From Nitrospirota bacterium (GTDB lineage Bacteria; Nitrospirota; JACRHJ01), in assembly GCA_963845245.1 (NCBI GenBank), contig CAWJRJ010000014.1:79134-143133 (forward strand): 64,000 bases of DNA. The letters are read 5' to 3'. A program made the position numbers and the translations under genes. The notes under the pieces are model-generated. The model was not told where the DNA came from, did not search any database, and worked only from the letters and a program-made list of their open reading frames with translations. Shown piece by piece: positions 1-13,693 of this stretch; the stretch's first letter is position 1; every line of letters begins with the position of its first letter.

Positions 1-1
1 C

Positions 2-544
2 GGCCTCGACGAATGGCAACTCGCGGATATACGTAATCAGAAGATAGGTTTCGTGTTCCAGGGCTTCAACCTTCTGGCCAGAACTTCCGCCATAGAAAAC
101 GTCGAACTCCCCCTTCTATACGACAGAAGCGGACGCATAAAAGACCCTGAGGCCAGAGCGCTTGAAATGCTTGAACTGGTGGGCCTGGGTGGTAGGATAC
201 ACCACGACCCGAACCAACTCTCCGGCGGCCAGCAGCAGCGTGTCGCAATCGCTAGGGCGCTTGTGAACAGGCCCGCAATTCTCCTTGCCGACGAGCCTAC
301 CGGCAACTTGGACAGCCTGACAACCATTGAGGTTATGTCAGTCCTGCAGAAGCTTAACGACAATGGAATAACCATAGTGATGGTTACGCATGAGCCGGAT
401 GTTTCGGTGTATGCTAAAAGAGTTGTCGTGATGCGTGACGGGGCGGTAATCAAAGACGGTCCGGTGATGGGGCGCAAGGACGCGCTCGCGGACCTGACAT
501 CGGCGAAATTGGTTCGGGAAGAAGATGGGATATGCGTACCTTAG
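2..544 (+). CDS. ABC transporter ATP-binding protein (MacB/LolD type), 5'-truncated by window edge
   Basis: Frame is open from base 2. ABC signature [15 protein letters not shown], Walker [13 protein letters not shown] and H-loop VTHE are present. An FtsX-type permease follows 22 nt downstream. Confidence 0.9.
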   Translation, partial: GLDEWQLADIRNQKIGFVFQGFNLLARTSAIENVELPLLYDRSGRIKDPEARALEMLELVGLGGRIHHDPNQLSGGQQQRVAIARALVNRPAILLADEPTGNLDSLTTIEVMSVLQKLNDNGITIVMVTHEPDVSVYAKRVVVMRDGAVIKDGPVMGRKDALADLTSAKLVREEDGICVP

Positions 545-566
545 AATATAGAGAGGCAGGGCAACC

Positions 567-1781
<1,215 letters not shown>

Positions 1782-1857
1782 TATTGAGATACTTCACAGT
1801 AAAAAGGGCTTGTATCTATGCTGCAAGCCCATGTCTTTTGACGTGCTGAAAGGAAAG

Positions 1858-1946
1858 CTTTGCGAAAGCCCCTATGCCTGCTATCATAACCGATTGATTT
1901 TCGGTGAATTTTGGCTGGGGGACAGGGATTCGAAACCTAAAAAGCC
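1858..1946 (-). repeat. Partial tRNA-Gln 3' end plus similar 3' flank (putative att repeat, distal copy)
   Basis: 1912-1934 (tggctgggggacagggattcgaa) is identical to 14866-14888, the last 23 nt of tRNA-Gln including CCA. 1858-1911 aligns to 14811-14865 at roughly 75 % identity. Similarity is weaker out to about 1946. Confidence 0.8.
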
Positions 1947-2017
1947 AGTTTCACCAAATACCCGATAATCAAGTAAATATCAACACTTACAAACAGTTAA
2001 ACCAGACTACCATCTGG

Positions 2018-2090
2018 ATTCAGTCCGTTAAAGTACGACAAAATACAGCTAAAATTGACATGTATTGCGAAAGTTTTGCGAAAGTCCGGG
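2018..2090. repeat. 73-nt repeat R1, copy A
   Basis: Aligns to 14656-14728 at roughly 85 % identity. Contains TTGCGAAAG twice, 11 bp apart (2065-2073 and 2076-2084). Confidence 0.8.
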
Positions 2091-2288
2091 TGCATATGTG
2101 GCGCATAAAGGTCTAAATGGTTTGTAAATGTTTTTTAGGGTATGGAGGACTATAGGGCGCGAGGATTTCTTCGTTAGTCATTTGAAAGAATAAAAGAATC
2201 ATATGCGGGTTGTCAGTTATGTACTGGGCGCACCTCTTGGCAAGAATTCGAGCGTCATGGTGGTAGGATTAGATTGTTTTAACAGGTA

Positions 2289-2576
2289 TCATCCGCCTTC
2301 AATAGGTCCACCCTCCTCCCAGATGGATTTGCTGGATAAATTTTCAAGAGACGATTTAGTCTGTTCGAGTAGCTCATAGTCCAGGTTCTCCCCTGTCGCT
2401 ATCTTCTCGAATACTGCTTTTGCATATGGGTTTTTGGCGTTCCTGGCCATGTCGGTGAAAATATCGAAATCCTCTCTCTTCATTCCCATCGCTAAGTCCA
2501 AGGCGTCTATGTCCGATGTAGCCGAGTTGGCGAGTCTGGTGTGAACAGCACTCTTCTTTGCTCTTGAGGAGTTCAT
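2289..2576 (-). CDS. Hypothetical protein (95 aa)
   Basis: ORF with GAGGT Shine-Dalgarno about 7 nt upstream of the ATG at 2576. Acidic, helical-looking. No family recognised. Confidence 0.45.
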   Translation of the reverse strand: MNSSRAKKSAVHTRLANSATSDIDALDLAMGMKREDFDIFTDMARNAKNPYAKAVFEKIATGENLDYELLEQTKSSLENLSSKSIWEEGGPIEGG

Positions 2577-2788
2577 GATATTACCTCGCATCGGGTAAGC
2601 TAATCGTTTTTTAACAAACTCTTAATGAAAAAGATACCAAAGCCCACCCAATGTGTCAAGGTAACCAGCCCTCAGTTCCCATGCTCAAACTTGTAAAAAA
2701 GCCGGACCCATGATATCTTTTAAGTGAATCTACTTTTTATTGTTTTTATTTCCAATAAAGTGTTCGGCTCTTCGTCAGAGGTACCTGG

Positions 2789-4549
2789 ATGATTGAGTTC
2801 GAAACTATCAAAAAACCTCTACACTCCTTGGCCATCCGGCCGAATATGTTGAATTACGAGAAAACGTGCGCCGCCTTTTCATGGGAAGATATCCGCCGCG
2901 AACTCAGCGGACCGTCCGCCGGCAAGGGCTTGAACATTGCCCACGAGGCGGTGGACCGGCATGCCCTCGGTCCGCTTCGAGACCGGCTTGCCATCCGCTG
3001 GCTTGGCAGGGACGGCACCGTAAAGGACTTCACTTACGGCGACCTCATGGAGCAGACAAGCCGTTTTGCCAATGTGCTGAGAAATTTGGGAATTAAAAAG
3101 GGCGACATGGTTTTCGTCCTGGCGGGCCGTATCCCGGAGTTATACATCGCTGCGCTTGGCACACTCAAAAACGGGAGCGTCTTCTGTCCGCTTTTCTCGG
3201 CATTCGGCCCAGAGCCTATCTTCCAGCGCCTGACCAAGGGTGAGGCGAAGGTCATTGTAACTACCGAGCGACTATACAAGAAAAACGTCGAAATATTGCG
3301 GGAGCGCCTGCCGCAGCTTAAACATGTCCTCCTGACTGACGTAAAGGAAAACATTGCTGAGGACGTCAGGTCACTCCCTAAAATGATGGCCCAGGCTCCC
3401 GGCGAGTTTGAAATACCGTTTACTGACCCCGAGGACATGGCTGTCCTTCACTTCACCAGCGGCACGACAGGGATGCCTAAAGGCGCGGCACATGTGCATA
3501 ACGCCGTGCTTACCCATTACATGACAGGGAAATATGTGCTGGACTTCCATGACGGAGACATCTTCTGGTGCACTGCGGACCCTGGCTGGGTTACAGGCAC
3601 ATCGTACGGAATCATCGCCCCATTGACGCACGGAGTGACAAGCATCATCGACGAGTCTGATTTTGACGCGGAGCGCTGGTGCCGAATCCTGGAAAAACAG
3701 AAGGTGACCGTCTGGTACACCGCACCCACGGCGATAAGGATGCTTATGCGCACGAATATCGTGCCTTGCCGCGAGTACGATATATGTTGCCTGCGCCTTG
3801 TCCACAGCGTCGGGGAGCCGCTCAACCCGGAAGCCGTTGTATGGGGGGAAAAGGCTCTCGGGATGCCCATACACGATAACTGGTGGCAGACGGAGACCGG
3901 CGGGATAATGATCTCCAACTATGCCTCGATGGAGATACGCCCCGGATCGATGGGCAGGCCCCTTCCTGGCATTGAGGCCGCGATAGTGCGTCGCCTTGAC
4001 GGGGACAGGCTGGAAGTCATTGATACACCCGGCGTCGAGGGCGACCTTGCGCTCAAGCCGGGCTGGCCATCCATGTTCAGGGGATATCTGCACGACGAGG
4101 AACGATACAGGAAATGTTTCGTGGACGGATGGTACATTACGGGGGACCTTGCCAGGAAAGATGCCGACGGCTACTTCTGGTTCGTTGGTCGAGCGGATGA
4201 CATAATCAAGACCTCCGGCCACATGGTGGGGCCTTTTGAGGTGGAAAGCGCGCTGCTCGAACACCCGGCGGTGGCCGAAGCAGGCGTCATAGGAAAGCCT
4301 GACCCTGTGATTGGGGAAATAGTCAAGGCGTTCATAGCCCTCAAGCCCGGCTATGAACCATCCGAAAGTCTGCGGCTGGAACTCATCGGCTTTGGCCGCA
4401 CCAAGCTCGGTTCGGCCGTGGCACCAAAGGAGATAGCGTTTATAGAGAACCTGCCAAGGACCAGAAGTGGCAAGATCATGCGGCGGCTACTCAAAGCACG
4501 CGAGCTTGGGTTGCCGGAAGGCGACATATCAACATTGGAGGCAGGCTGA
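2789..4549 (+). CDS. AMP-forming acetyl/acyl-CoA synthetase (AcsA-like adenylate-forming ligase)
   Basis: 586 aa. Adenylation core motifs [25 protein letters not shown] and a C-terminal SGKIMRR lysine motif. Confidence 0.85.
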   Translation: MIEFETIKKPLHSLAIRPNMLNYEKTCAAFSWEDIRRELSGPSAGKGLNIAHEAVDRHALGPLRDRLAIRWLGRDGTVKDFTYGDLMEQTSRFANVLRNLGIKKGDMVFVLAGRIPELYIAALGTLKNGSVFCPLFSAFGPEPIFQRLTKGEAKVIVTTERLYKKNVEILRERLPQLKHVLLTDVKENIAEDVRSLPKMMAQAPGEFEIPFTDPEDMAVLHFTSGTTGMPKGAAHVHNAVLTHYMTGKYVLDFHDGDIFWCTADPGWVTGTSYGIIAPLTHGVTSIIDESDFDAERWCRILEKQKVTVWYTAPTAIRMLMRTNIVPCREYDICCLRLVHSVGEPLNPEAVVWGEKALGMPIHDNWWQTETGGIMISNYASMEIRPGSMGRPLPGIEAAIVRRLDGDRLEVIDTPGVEGDLALKPGWPSMFRGYLHDEERYRKCFVDGWYITGDLARKDADGYFWFVGRADDIIKTSGHMVGPFEVESALLEHPAVAEAGVIGKPDPVIGEIVKAFIALKPGYEPSESLRLELIGFGRTKLGSAVAPKEIAFIENLPRTRSGKIMRRLLKARELGLPEGDISTLEAG

Positions 4550-4553
4550 AACC

Positions 4554-5552
4554 ATGCCGGAACCCAAAATTTCAGCGATGAAGCTCGAAAGAGAACAAGG
4601 CCTTCGCCTGCTCAAAATGATGGTGCTTATCAGGCGGTTCGAGGATAAGTCGGCCGAGCTTTATACCGCTACGAAAATACGCGGCTTCATGCACCTGTAT
4701 AACGGCGAGGAGGCCGTGGCCGTGGGGGTTATGGAGTCCCTGAGGCCCGAGGACGCCGTTGTGGCCACCTACCGCGAGCACGGACAGGCCCTGGCTCGGG
4801 GCGTTAGCGCTGGCTCCATTATGGCCGAGATGTACGGCAAGCTGGAGGGCTGTTGCCGGGGCCGCGGCGGTTCCATGCACATATTTGACGCCAATACGCG
4901 GTTCTATGGCGGGAATGCGATCGTCGGAGGAGGTCTCCCGGTCGCGGTGGGGCTGGCCCTTGCGGACAGGATGCAGGGTAGGCAGTTGGTAACGTGCTGC
5001 TTTTTCGGCGATGGCGGGGCTGCGGAGGGCGCGTTCCATGAGTCAATGAACCTGGCTGCTCTCTGGAAACTCCCGGTCTTCTTTGTCTGCGAGAACAATC
5101 TTTACGCAATGGGTACCAGGATAAATTTTGCCCATGCCGTCACGGACCTTGCCAGAAAAGCATGTTCCTACGACATCGCCTCGGCTTCTGTGGACGGTAT
5201 GGATGTACTCGCCGTGGAGTCTGCGGCAAAAGAGGCGGCAGAATTTGTGAGGTCCGGGGAAGGCCCTTATTTCCTGGAATGCCGCACGTACCGGTTCAGA
5301 GCGCATTCTATGTTCGACGCGGAACTTTACAGGACCAAAGAGGAAGTCGAGGAATGGAAGAAGCGCGACCCCATTGAAGGCCTGGCCATCCGGATGAGGG
5401 CGCAGGGGCTCCTCGAAGATTCCGACATGGAACAGATCGAACGGGAGGTGACCGACATAGTTGACAGGTCCGTGGCATTTGCGGAGTCTGGAACATTGGA
5501 GCCTGTGGAGGAACTGACACGTTTCGTTTACTCTGACCGGAGACCAGCATGA
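4554..5552 (+). CDS. 2-oxoacid (pyruvate/acetoin-type) dehydrogenase E1 alpha subunit, TPP-dependent
   Basis: TPP motif [31 protein letters not shown]. The ATG at 4554 was chosen because the track start at 4467 overlaps the ligase gene. Confidence 0.9.
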   Translation: MPEPKISAMKLEREQGLRLLKMMVLIRRFEDKSAELYTATKIRGFMHLYNGEEAVAVGVMESLRPEDAVVATYREHGQALARGVSAGSIMAEMYGKLEGCCRGRGGSMHIFDANTRFYGGNAIVGGGLPVAVGLALADRMQGRQLVTCCFFGDGGAAEGAFHESMNLAALWKLPVFFVCENNLYAMGTRINFAHAVTDLARKACSYDIASASVDGMDVLAVESAAKEAAEFVRSGEGPYFLECRTYRFRAHSMFDAELYRTKEEVEEWKKRDPIEGLAIRMRAQGLLEDSDMEQIEREVTDIVDRSVAFAESGTLEPVEELTRFVYSDRRPA

Positions 5553-6538
5553 ACGGCGGGGATACAGTCAAGATTACGTACCGTGAGGCCATGCGCGAGG
5601 CTATCCGGGAGGCGATGCAAAAGGACAGCCGCGTGTTCCTGATGGGCGAGGATGTCGGCCGCTACGGCGGGTGCTTCGCAGTGAGCAAGGGCCTGATGGG
5701 GGAGTTCGGCCCCGAGCGCATAAGGGATACCCCGTTATCGGAAAACGGTTTTGTCGGCGCGGGAATCGGCGCTGCAATGGGGGGTATGCGCCCGATAGTA
5801 GAGGTAATGACTGTCAACTTCAGCCTGCTGGCCCTGGACCAGATACTGAACAACGCCGCCACGTTCCTCCACATGTCGGGTGGCCTCTTCAACGTACCGC
5901 TCGTCATACGCATGGCGACCGGGGCGGGCAGGCAGCTGGCTGCTCAGCATGCGCACTCCCTTGAAGGCTGGTACGCACATATCCCAGGTATAAAGATCGT
6001 TACCCCCGCTACACTGGAAGACGCGCGCGGCATGCTTTGGACGGCTCTCGAGGACCCGGACCCTGTTATCATATTCGAGAACAACACCCTCTACAACATG
6101 GAAGGTGAGCTTCCTGTGGACGCCGGCCCGGTCGATATCGACCATGCCCGTATCATCCGGCCGGGGCGCGACGTTACAGTCATCACATATGGCGCGAGCC
6201 TTTTCAAGGCGCTTGATGCGGCAGAAACCCTCTCTAAAGACGGGATCGAGGCAGAGGTTATAGACCTTCGCACGCTCAGGCCGCTTGACGATGATACATA
6301 TCTGTCTTCAATATCCCGGACCCACCGCGCCGTAATCGTGGACGAGGGTTGGCGCACCGGCAGTATCTCGGCAGAGATAAGCGCGCGCATCATGGAGAAG
6401 GCATTTTACGAACTGGATGCCCCTGTCGAGAGAATATGCAGCGCCGAGGTCCCGATGCCTTATGCAAAACACATGGAACAGGCAGCACTTCCCCAGGTTG
6501 AGACGATAGTCGCCACTATAAAGAGGATGGTGCATTAA
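5549..6538 (+). CDS. 2-oxoacid dehydrogenase E1 beta subunit
   Basis: 329 aa with transketolase-like pyrimidine-binding and C-terminal domains. ATGA overlap with the E1 alpha stop. Confidence 0.9.
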   Translation: MNGGDTVKITYREAMREAIREAMQKDSRVFLMGEDVGRYGGCFAVSKGLMGEFGPERIRDTPLSENGFVGAGIGAAMGGMRPIVEVMTVNFSLLALDQILNNAATFLHMSGGLFNVPLVIRMATGAGRQLAAQHAHSLEGWYAHIPGIKIVTPATLEDARGMLWTALEDPDPVIIFENNTLYNMEGELPVDAGPVDIDHARIIRPGRDVTVITYGASLFKALDAAETLSKDGIEAEVIDLRTLRPLDDDTYLSSISRTHRAVIVDEGWRTGSISAEISARIMEKAFYELDAPVERICSAEVPMPYAKHMEQAALPQVETIVATIKRMVH

Positions 6539-7729
6539 ATGGGTGAGTTCAGGATGCCCAGCCTTGGGGCGGACATGGATAAAGGCGCGCTGTCCGTCTG
6601 GCTTGTTGAGCCGGGAGACCCCGTCAAGCACGGTCAGGTCATCGCCGAGGTGGAAACAGACAAAGGGATCATTGGCATAGAGGTATACGAAGACGGCGTT
6701 GTGGAGCGGCTAATAGTGGAACCGGGCACGGAAGTCCCTGTCGGTGAGGTTCTTGCGATGATACGCTCTGAAGGCGCCCAGACAAAATCTACGGCAACTG
6801 AGGCTCCGCCGCCTCCAACTGGCCCTGTAATTGAAGAAAAGGCGGTTCATGAAGTCAGGCAGCCAGGTCCTTCGGTTGGGCGCATTAAAATATCGCCCGC
6901 CGCCCGCAAAAAGGCTGAGGAGCTTGGGATAGACGCCAGTACGATGAAGGGTACGGGACAGGAAGGTAGCTTAACCCTTGCCGATGTCGAGCGAGCGGCA
7001 AAGGAGCAGGGGATGGCAAGGGAAGAGTCGACGCCTGAGGCTGTTAAACCTTCCGCGGGACTGGACATGGCCGCGATGAGGAGGGCTATCGCGGCCGCGA
7101 TGGCACGCTCCAACCGCGAGATACCACACTACTACCTTGAAACAGAGATAGACATGAGCCGCGCACTCAAGTGGCTCGAGGCGGAGAATTTAAAACGCCC
7201 GGTAAAGGATCGCATACTGCCGGTAGCTCAGTTGCTGAAGGCCGTGGCGCTTGCCCTGAAGGAAGTGCCGGAGCTGAACGGCTACTGGCTTGACGACCGA
7301 AACCAGCCCTTGGAGTCCATACATGTCGGGTTTGCGATCTCCATAAAGAAGGGCGGTTTGTTTGTGCCGGCAATCCACGATGTTGACAAAAAGGGCCTGG
7401 GGGAGTTGATGGAGGCGATGGGCGACCTTATTACGCGGACACGTGCCGGGAGGCTTCGGGGGTCTGAACTTACCGATGCAACGATTACTTTCACGAGTCT
7501 GGGAGACCTTGGCGTGGAAGCCGTTTACGGAGTTATCTACCCGCCACAGGTCGCGCTTGTCGGCTTCGGCAGGATAACCGAACGTCCCTGGGCGGAAAAC
7601 GGCATGCTCGGGGTACGACCTGCGGTTACCGTGACACTCTCGGGCGACCACAGGGCCACTGATGGGATCGTTGGAGCGCGCTTTCTGGACACACTAAACC
7701 GCTACATGCAGGAACCGGATAAATTATGA
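6539..7729 (+). CDS. Dihydrolipoamide acyltransferase E2
   Basis: Lipoyl domain with EVETDKG, Ala/Pro linker, peripheral-subunit-binding domain ([15 protein letters not shown]) and catalytic domain with the DHRATDG motif. Confidence 0.9.
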   Translation: MGEFRMPSLGADMDKGALSVWLVEPGDPVKHGQVIAEVETDKGIIGIEVYEDGVVERLIVEPGTEVPVGEVLAMIRSEGAQTKSTATEAPPPPTGPVIEEKAVHEVRQPGPSVGRIKISPAARKKAEELGIDASTMKGTGQEGSLTLADVERAAKEQGMAREESTPEAVKPSAGLDMAAMRRAIAAAMARSNREIPHYYLETEIDMSRALKWLEAENLKRPVKDRILPVAQLLKAVALALKEVPELNGYWLDDRNQPLESIHVGFAISIKKGGLFVPAIHDVDKKGLGELMEAMGDLITRTRAGRLRGSELTDATITFTSLGDLGVEAVYGVIYPPQVALVGFGRITERPWAENGMLGVRPAVTVTLSGDHRATDGIVGARFLDTLNRYMQEPDKL

Positions 7730-8004
7730 CTACACTGGAGATCAAAAACACTATTTTCAAAATCCTGGGACAAATTGCGCCTGAGTCTGATTTCGACAAA
7801 CTCTTGCCGGAAGAAAACCTGCGCGAGGCCCTGGATATAGATTCCTTCGATTTTCTGAATGTGGTTATCGGGATCAGCAAGGAGTTGGGAGTTGATATCC
7901 CTGAATCAGACTATGGTAAAATCGGCTCACTTGCAGATATGATCAGCTACCTGTCAGAGAGAATCGGCCAAACACATAAAGTGATGTTGCTTCATATTCA
8001 ATAA
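7726..8004 (+). CDS. Acyl carrier protein-like protein
   Basis: 92 aa, acidic, with [12 protein letters not shown] (DSx phosphopantetheine-serine context). Start overlaps the E2 stop (ATGA). Confidence 0.7.
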   Translation: MTTLEIKNTIFKILGQIAPESDFDKLLPEENLREALDIDSFDFLNVVIGISKELGVDIPESDYGKIGSLADMISYLSERIGQTHKVMLLHIQ

Positions 8005-8032
8005 CGGGGTCTATGCATTCCGGAGGTGCACC

Positions 8033-8179
8033 ATGCAAAAATACGTAAGGTGGGGGTTGGGATTAGCGGCCGGTATGGTGGCGGGTATCGCCGTTTATAA
8101 GTTCATGAACCGGGAGCAGGGAGAGACCTTTGCAGCCACGCCACCATTTGCGGAAGCGGCCGAAAGCAGTGAAAATTAA
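8033..8179 (+). CDS. Small single-TM protein (48 aa), not in the ORF track
   Basis: GGAGGTG Shine-Dalgarno 5 nt before the ATG. Sequence MQKYVRWGLGLAAGMVAGIAVYKF... includes one hydrophobic helix. Confidence 0.35.
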   Translation: MQKYVRWGLGLAAGMVAGIAVYKFMNREQGETFAATPPFAEAAESSEN

Positions 8180-8354
8180 CAAAAATCGCAAGGGCGGATT
8201 TCTGGATTACAAATAACTATTACAGGTCAGGAGGCATAAATGGCCAGAGTCACCCTGAGCGTCATAAAAGCCGCACGCGTCCGATTGAGGCAGCTATTTT
8301 CCTAACGGACAGACCTGATGCCTGCATACATCACCGCCAAGACAGACTAGGTAA

Positions 8355-10177
<1,823 letters not shown>

Positions 10178-10183
10178 GCCGCT

Positions 10184-10465
10184 ATGCGCAGGAAAGACTT
10201 CCTGGCTTCAGTGAACAAGGAGTCGCGGCGGATTGAGGCATCCCGGGATGACAGGAAAGGGCTTTGGCATTATGTGGTGACCGCCACGTCCATAGGGTGG
10301 GTCCTCGTGTTGCCCGCCCTCGGTGGCGTATACCTGGGCAGGTGGCTCGACCGATTGTCTGGGAAGAGCGGCTTCTGGACCTTAAGCCTGATGCTAGTTG
10401 GGTTAGTGGCCGGGATATTCTGGGTGTGGTACACGAACTTCCGCAACGGTGGGGACAAGGTATGA
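10184..10465 (+). CDS. atpQ: AtpQ (ATPase_gene1 / AtpI-like small membrane subunit of N-ATPase operons)
   Basis: 93 aa with 2 TM helices and the motif LPALGGVYLGRWLDRL. Sits between epsilon and subunit a. Confidence 0.7.
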   Translation: MRRKDFLASVNKESRRIEASRDDRKGLWHYVVTATSIGWVLVLPALGGVYLGRWLDRLSGKSGFWTLSLMLVGLVAGIFWVWYTNFRNGGDKV

Positions 10466-11145
10466 AACAGATCGCGCCGGAGATAATTTTTTCGGTGGGT
10501 CCGGTCGGAATCACTGACTCGGTGGTTATTACCTGGTGCGGGATGGCCGTTGCGATTGCGCTTGGATATGTCGCCGGGAGGAGGCTGACCCTTTATCCGC
10601 GCAAGTGGCAGAACTTGCTCGAGGCCGCAGTCGATGCCGTGAACTCCGCAATCGAGGAGGTCATGGAAAGGGACCCGTGGCCTTTTATGCCGGTCATATT
10701 CACCCTTTGGTTTTCAATCGGCGCAGCCAACCTGACCGGAATAGTGCCGGGGCTTATCTCGCCGACGAGGGATATTAGCACCGCCGCAGCGCTCGCAGCG
10801 CTCTCGTTCTTCTCCGTGCATTACTACGGCATCAGGTTCATGGGGCTGCGCAATTACATGAAGCACTACTTCGAGCCGGTGTGGATACTCTTCCCGTTCC
10901 ACATTATCAGCGAGTTATCGAGGACTCTTGCGCTGATGCTCAGGCTGTTCGGGAACATCATAAGCGGGGAGATGGTGGCCGGGGTGCTGCTTATTGTGGC
11001 GGGCTTTCTGGTCCCTGTACCTTTCGCGTTTCTAGAGGTGGTGGTCGCCATACTCCAGGCTTACATATTCGGTATGCTCACGCTGATATTCATAGCGGCC
11101 GGCATAAAAACCATAGAATCCGAGAAAAGAAGGGAGGCATCCTGA
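10462..11145 (+). CDS. atpB: N-type F-ATPase subunit a
   Basis: Essential Arg context [16 protein letters not shown] at 10462 overlaps the atpQ stop. The longer track ORF from 10264 lies inside atpQ. Confidence 0.85.
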   Translation: MKQIAPEIIFSVGPVGITDSVVITWCGMAVAIALGYVAGRRLTLYPRKWQNLLEAAVDAVNSAIEEVMERDPWPFMPVIFTLWFSIGAANLTGIVPGLISPTRDISTAAALAALSFFSVHYYGIRFMGLRNYMKHYFEPVWILFPFHIISELSRTLALMLRLFGNIISGEMVAGVLLIVAGFLVPVPFAFLEVVVAILQAYIFGMLTLIFIAAGIKTIESEKRREAS

Positions 11146-11146
11146 A

Positions 11147-11413
11147 ATGGACCCCACTACATTGGTGGTTACTGTGTCGATAGCTGCAGCCGCGCTGGCA
11201 ATTGCGCTTGGCGGGTACGGCCCGGCGAGGGCTGAGGGCGAGGCTGTAGCCAAGGCGATGGAAGCAATCGCGAGGCAACCGGAGTCTTCCGGCCAGATAA
11301 TGAGGACGCTTTTCGTTGGCTTGGCGTTTATTGAGGCAATAGCGATATATGCCCTGGTCATCGCCATGGTCATCCTTTTTGCTAACCCATTGCTTGACTA
11401 CTTGAAAAAATGA
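11147..11413 (+). CDS. atpE: N-type F-ATPase subunit c
   Basis: 88-aa hairpin with RQPE loop and carboxylate in helix 2 (FIEAIAIY). Confidence 0.9.
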   Translation: MDPTTLVVTVSIAAAALAIALGGYGPARAEGEAVAKAMEAIARQPESSGQIMRTLFVGLAFIEAIAIYALVIAMVILFANPLLDYLKK

Positions 11414-12147
11414 AGCTAAATCTGACGACCTTCATATTTCAGATCATTAACTTCGTACTCCTGGCCTATATCCTCCACCGGGTACTCTACAAACCGATCA
11501 GGGCCATAATGGAAAAGCGCAAGAGACTTGTCATGGAGGACGTGGACCGCGCCCTTCGCATGAAGGAGGACGCGATAACTATAAAGGAGAAGTATGAACG
11601 GTTGACGGGCGAGGCGGAGGTGTTCAGGAAGAAGGAGATGGAAAAAGCTATTGAACATGCGGAAGAGACAAAAAAGTTGATAATGGAGAAGGCGGTTCGA
11701 GAGGCAGAGGCCGAGAAGGAGAAGGCCCGCGCGGTGATAGAGAACGAAAGGATCGAGAAAACGGCCTCGCTGAGGAAGGACGCGGTGGAAATAAGCTCGG
11801 AGCTGGCCGCGCGACTCCTCGTGCCACTTGCGGATGAAACCCTCCACAAGAGGTTGGTAGAGCTGATGCTGCGGGAACTGGAGGAGCGTCCGCCTGCCGC
11901 GCCCGCCTACGACAAAGATGGCGCAAAGGCGTCCGTCGTGTCGGCGTTTCATTTGAACGATCCGGAGTTCCGGAGCATCGAGACTCTTCTGAAGGACTAC
12001 GGCGGGCCTTCGCTTTCAATAGAGTGGAAGGTAGATCCTGAGCTTATCGCAGGCGTTAGGATCTGGCTGGACGGGCTGGTGTTCGACGGATCGCTAAAGG
12101 GGCAGCTTGCAGCTTTCAGGGAGCGCGCCTTGAAAGCGGTTGATTGA
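11410..12147 (+). CDS. atpF: N-type F-ATPase subunit b with delta-like C-terminal extension
   Basis: 245 aa. N-terminal TM helix, long charged coiled coil, and a C-terminus ([26 protein letters not shown]) resembling the delta/OSCP C-terminus. The operon has no separate delta gene. Confidence 0.8.
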   Translation: MKLNLTTFIFQIINFVLLAYILHRVLYKPIRAIMEKRKRLVMEDVDRALRMKEDAITIKEKYERLTGEAEVFRKKEMEKAIEHAEETKKLIMEKAVREAEAEKEKARAVIENERIEKTASLRKDAVEISSELAARLLVPLADETLHKRLVELMLRELEERPPAAPAYDKDGAKASVVSAFHLNDPEFRSIETLLKDYGGPSLSIEWKVDPELIAGVRIWLDGLVFDGSLKGQLAAFRERALKAVD

Positions 12148-13693
12148 TATGGAAGACGTAATTGGCAGGTTAAAGGTTGCGGCGGCGGCTACGACCTTGG
12201 GAGTCATCAGGCAGTACGAGGGAGTCGTGCTCTCGGTAGGGGACGGCATCGCCGCAATCAGCGGACTTCAAGACGCAGGGCTGTACGAGCTTCTGGAGTT
12301 TCCAGGCGGTGTACGGGGTGTAGCGTTCGACTTGGAGCCAAGGGTTATAAATGTAGTGCTCCTTGACTGCGCCGAGGGCGTCGGGACAGGCGACCCCGTA
12401 AGGCTCACGGGCAGGACACTTTCCGTGCCGGTCGGAGAAGGCTTCATAGGCAGGGTTATAAACCCGCTCGGCAGGCCGCTTGACGGGCTTGCGCCTCCCG
12501 ATGTCGCAAACTACTATCCTCTCGAACGAACCGCTCCAGGCATTGTAAAAAGGGATTTCGTCTCCCAGCCGGTTTACACCGGCATCCGCGCTATCGACTC
12601 CATGGTGCCCATAGGCAGGGGGCAGCGCGAACTGGTCGCAGGCGACAGCACCACCGGCAAAACGTCAATCGCACTCGACACCATAATCAACCAGAAGGGC
12701 AAGGACCTGCTCTGCGTCTACGTGGCGATCGGCCAGAAGTCATCCACCACACTGAGGGTCCTGGAACACCTAAGGATGTATGATGCGATGGACCATACGG
12801 TGATGGTATGTGCCGGGGCGGACACGCCGCTCGGCTTGCAGTACATTGCTCCTTATGCGGGCTGCGCAATCGCCGAGTTCTTCTTCGACAAGGGGAAAGA
12901 CGTGCTCGTAGTCTATGATGACCTTACAAGACACGCGGAGGCGTACCGCTCTTTGTCGCTGCTGCTCCGCAGGCCGCCGGGGAGGGAGGCCTACCCCGGA
13001 GACATATTCTTCCTGCACTCCCGCTTGCTTGAACGTTCAGCAAAGCTCGCCAGCCGGTACGGTGGCGCTTCTATAACTGCTATCCCAATTGTAGAGACCC
13101 AGTCCGGCAGGATCTCCAGCTATATCCCGACAAACCTCATATCCATTACCGACGGGCAGATATATCTTGACGCCGAGCTTTTCGACAAGGGTATACTTCC
13201 CGCCATAGACCTCCGCAAATCGGTATCAAGGGTGGGCGGCAAGGCCCAGACGCAGCCGATGCGCGATGTGGCAGCAAGGCTTAAAATCGAGTACGAGCGT
13301 TTCCTTGAGGTCGAGGTCTTCACGAAGTTTGGAGCAAAGCTCGACAAGGAGACGGTCTCCGCGCTGAGACGCGGTGAAAGACTCAGGGAAGTCTTGAAAC
13401 AGGGCAGGTTCATGCCGATGCCGGTAGAGGAGCAGGTATGCGTCTTTTATGCCCACGGGCAGGGCTACCTTGACCAGTTGAAACTGGGAGAGGCCTGGCC
13501 ATTCCTTCAGATATACCTGAGCAAACTGCGCCTCCAGCAGCCCGACCTGCTGGATGACATCAGGCTTGGAATGACGCTTTCCACGAAGATGAAGGCAAGG
13601 CTTGACAAGACGCTCAAAAGGATGACCATTAAAAGGGGGACAGGCGCTGATGATCTCCAGCAGGGAACTGGAACTAAAGACCAAAAGCTATAA
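12140..13693 (+). CDS. atpA: N-type F-ATPase alpha subunit
   Basis: Walker A GDSTTGKTS. 517 aa. Start is either TTG 12140 or ATG 12149. Confidence 0.9.
   Translation: MIDMEDVIGRLKVAAAATTLGVIRQYEGVVLSVGDGIAAISGLQDAGLYELLEFPGGVRGVAFDLEPRVINVVLLDCAEGVGTGDPVRLTGRTLSVPVGEGFIGRVINPLGRPLDGLAPPDVANYYPLERTAPGIVKRDFVSQPVYTGIRAIDSMVPIGRGQRELVAGDSTTGKTSIALDTIINQKGKDLLCVYVAIGQKSSTTLRVLEHLRMYDAMDHTVMVCAGADTPLGLQYIAPYAGCAIAEFFFDKGKDVLVVYDDLTRHAEAYRSLSLLLRRPPGREAYPGDIFFLHSRLLERSAKLASRYGGASITAIPIVETQSGRISSYIPTNLISITDGQIYLDAELFDKGILPAIDLRKSVSRVGGKAQTQPMRDVAARLKIEYERFLEVEVFTKFGAKLDKETVSALRRGERLREVLKQGRFMPMPVEEQVCVFYAHGQGYLDQLKLGEAWPFLQIYLSKLRLQQPDLLDDIRLGMTLSTKMKARLDKTLKRMTIKRGTGADDLQQGTGTKDQKL

Noticed and set aside
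4467-4553. Upstream start for E1 alpha overlapping the ligase gene by 83 nt
   Set aside because: The ATG at 4554, 5 nt after the ligase stop, yields the usual N-terminus. The extension has no similarity to E1 alpha N-termini that I know.
10264-10461. Longer N-terminal extension of subunit a (track ORF starts at 10264), which could hide an AtpR-like segment
   Set aside because: The extension is Arg/Pro/Trp-rich, non-hydrophobic and entirely overlaps atpQ in another frame. ATG 10462, with ATGA coupling, gives a normal 227-aa subunit a.
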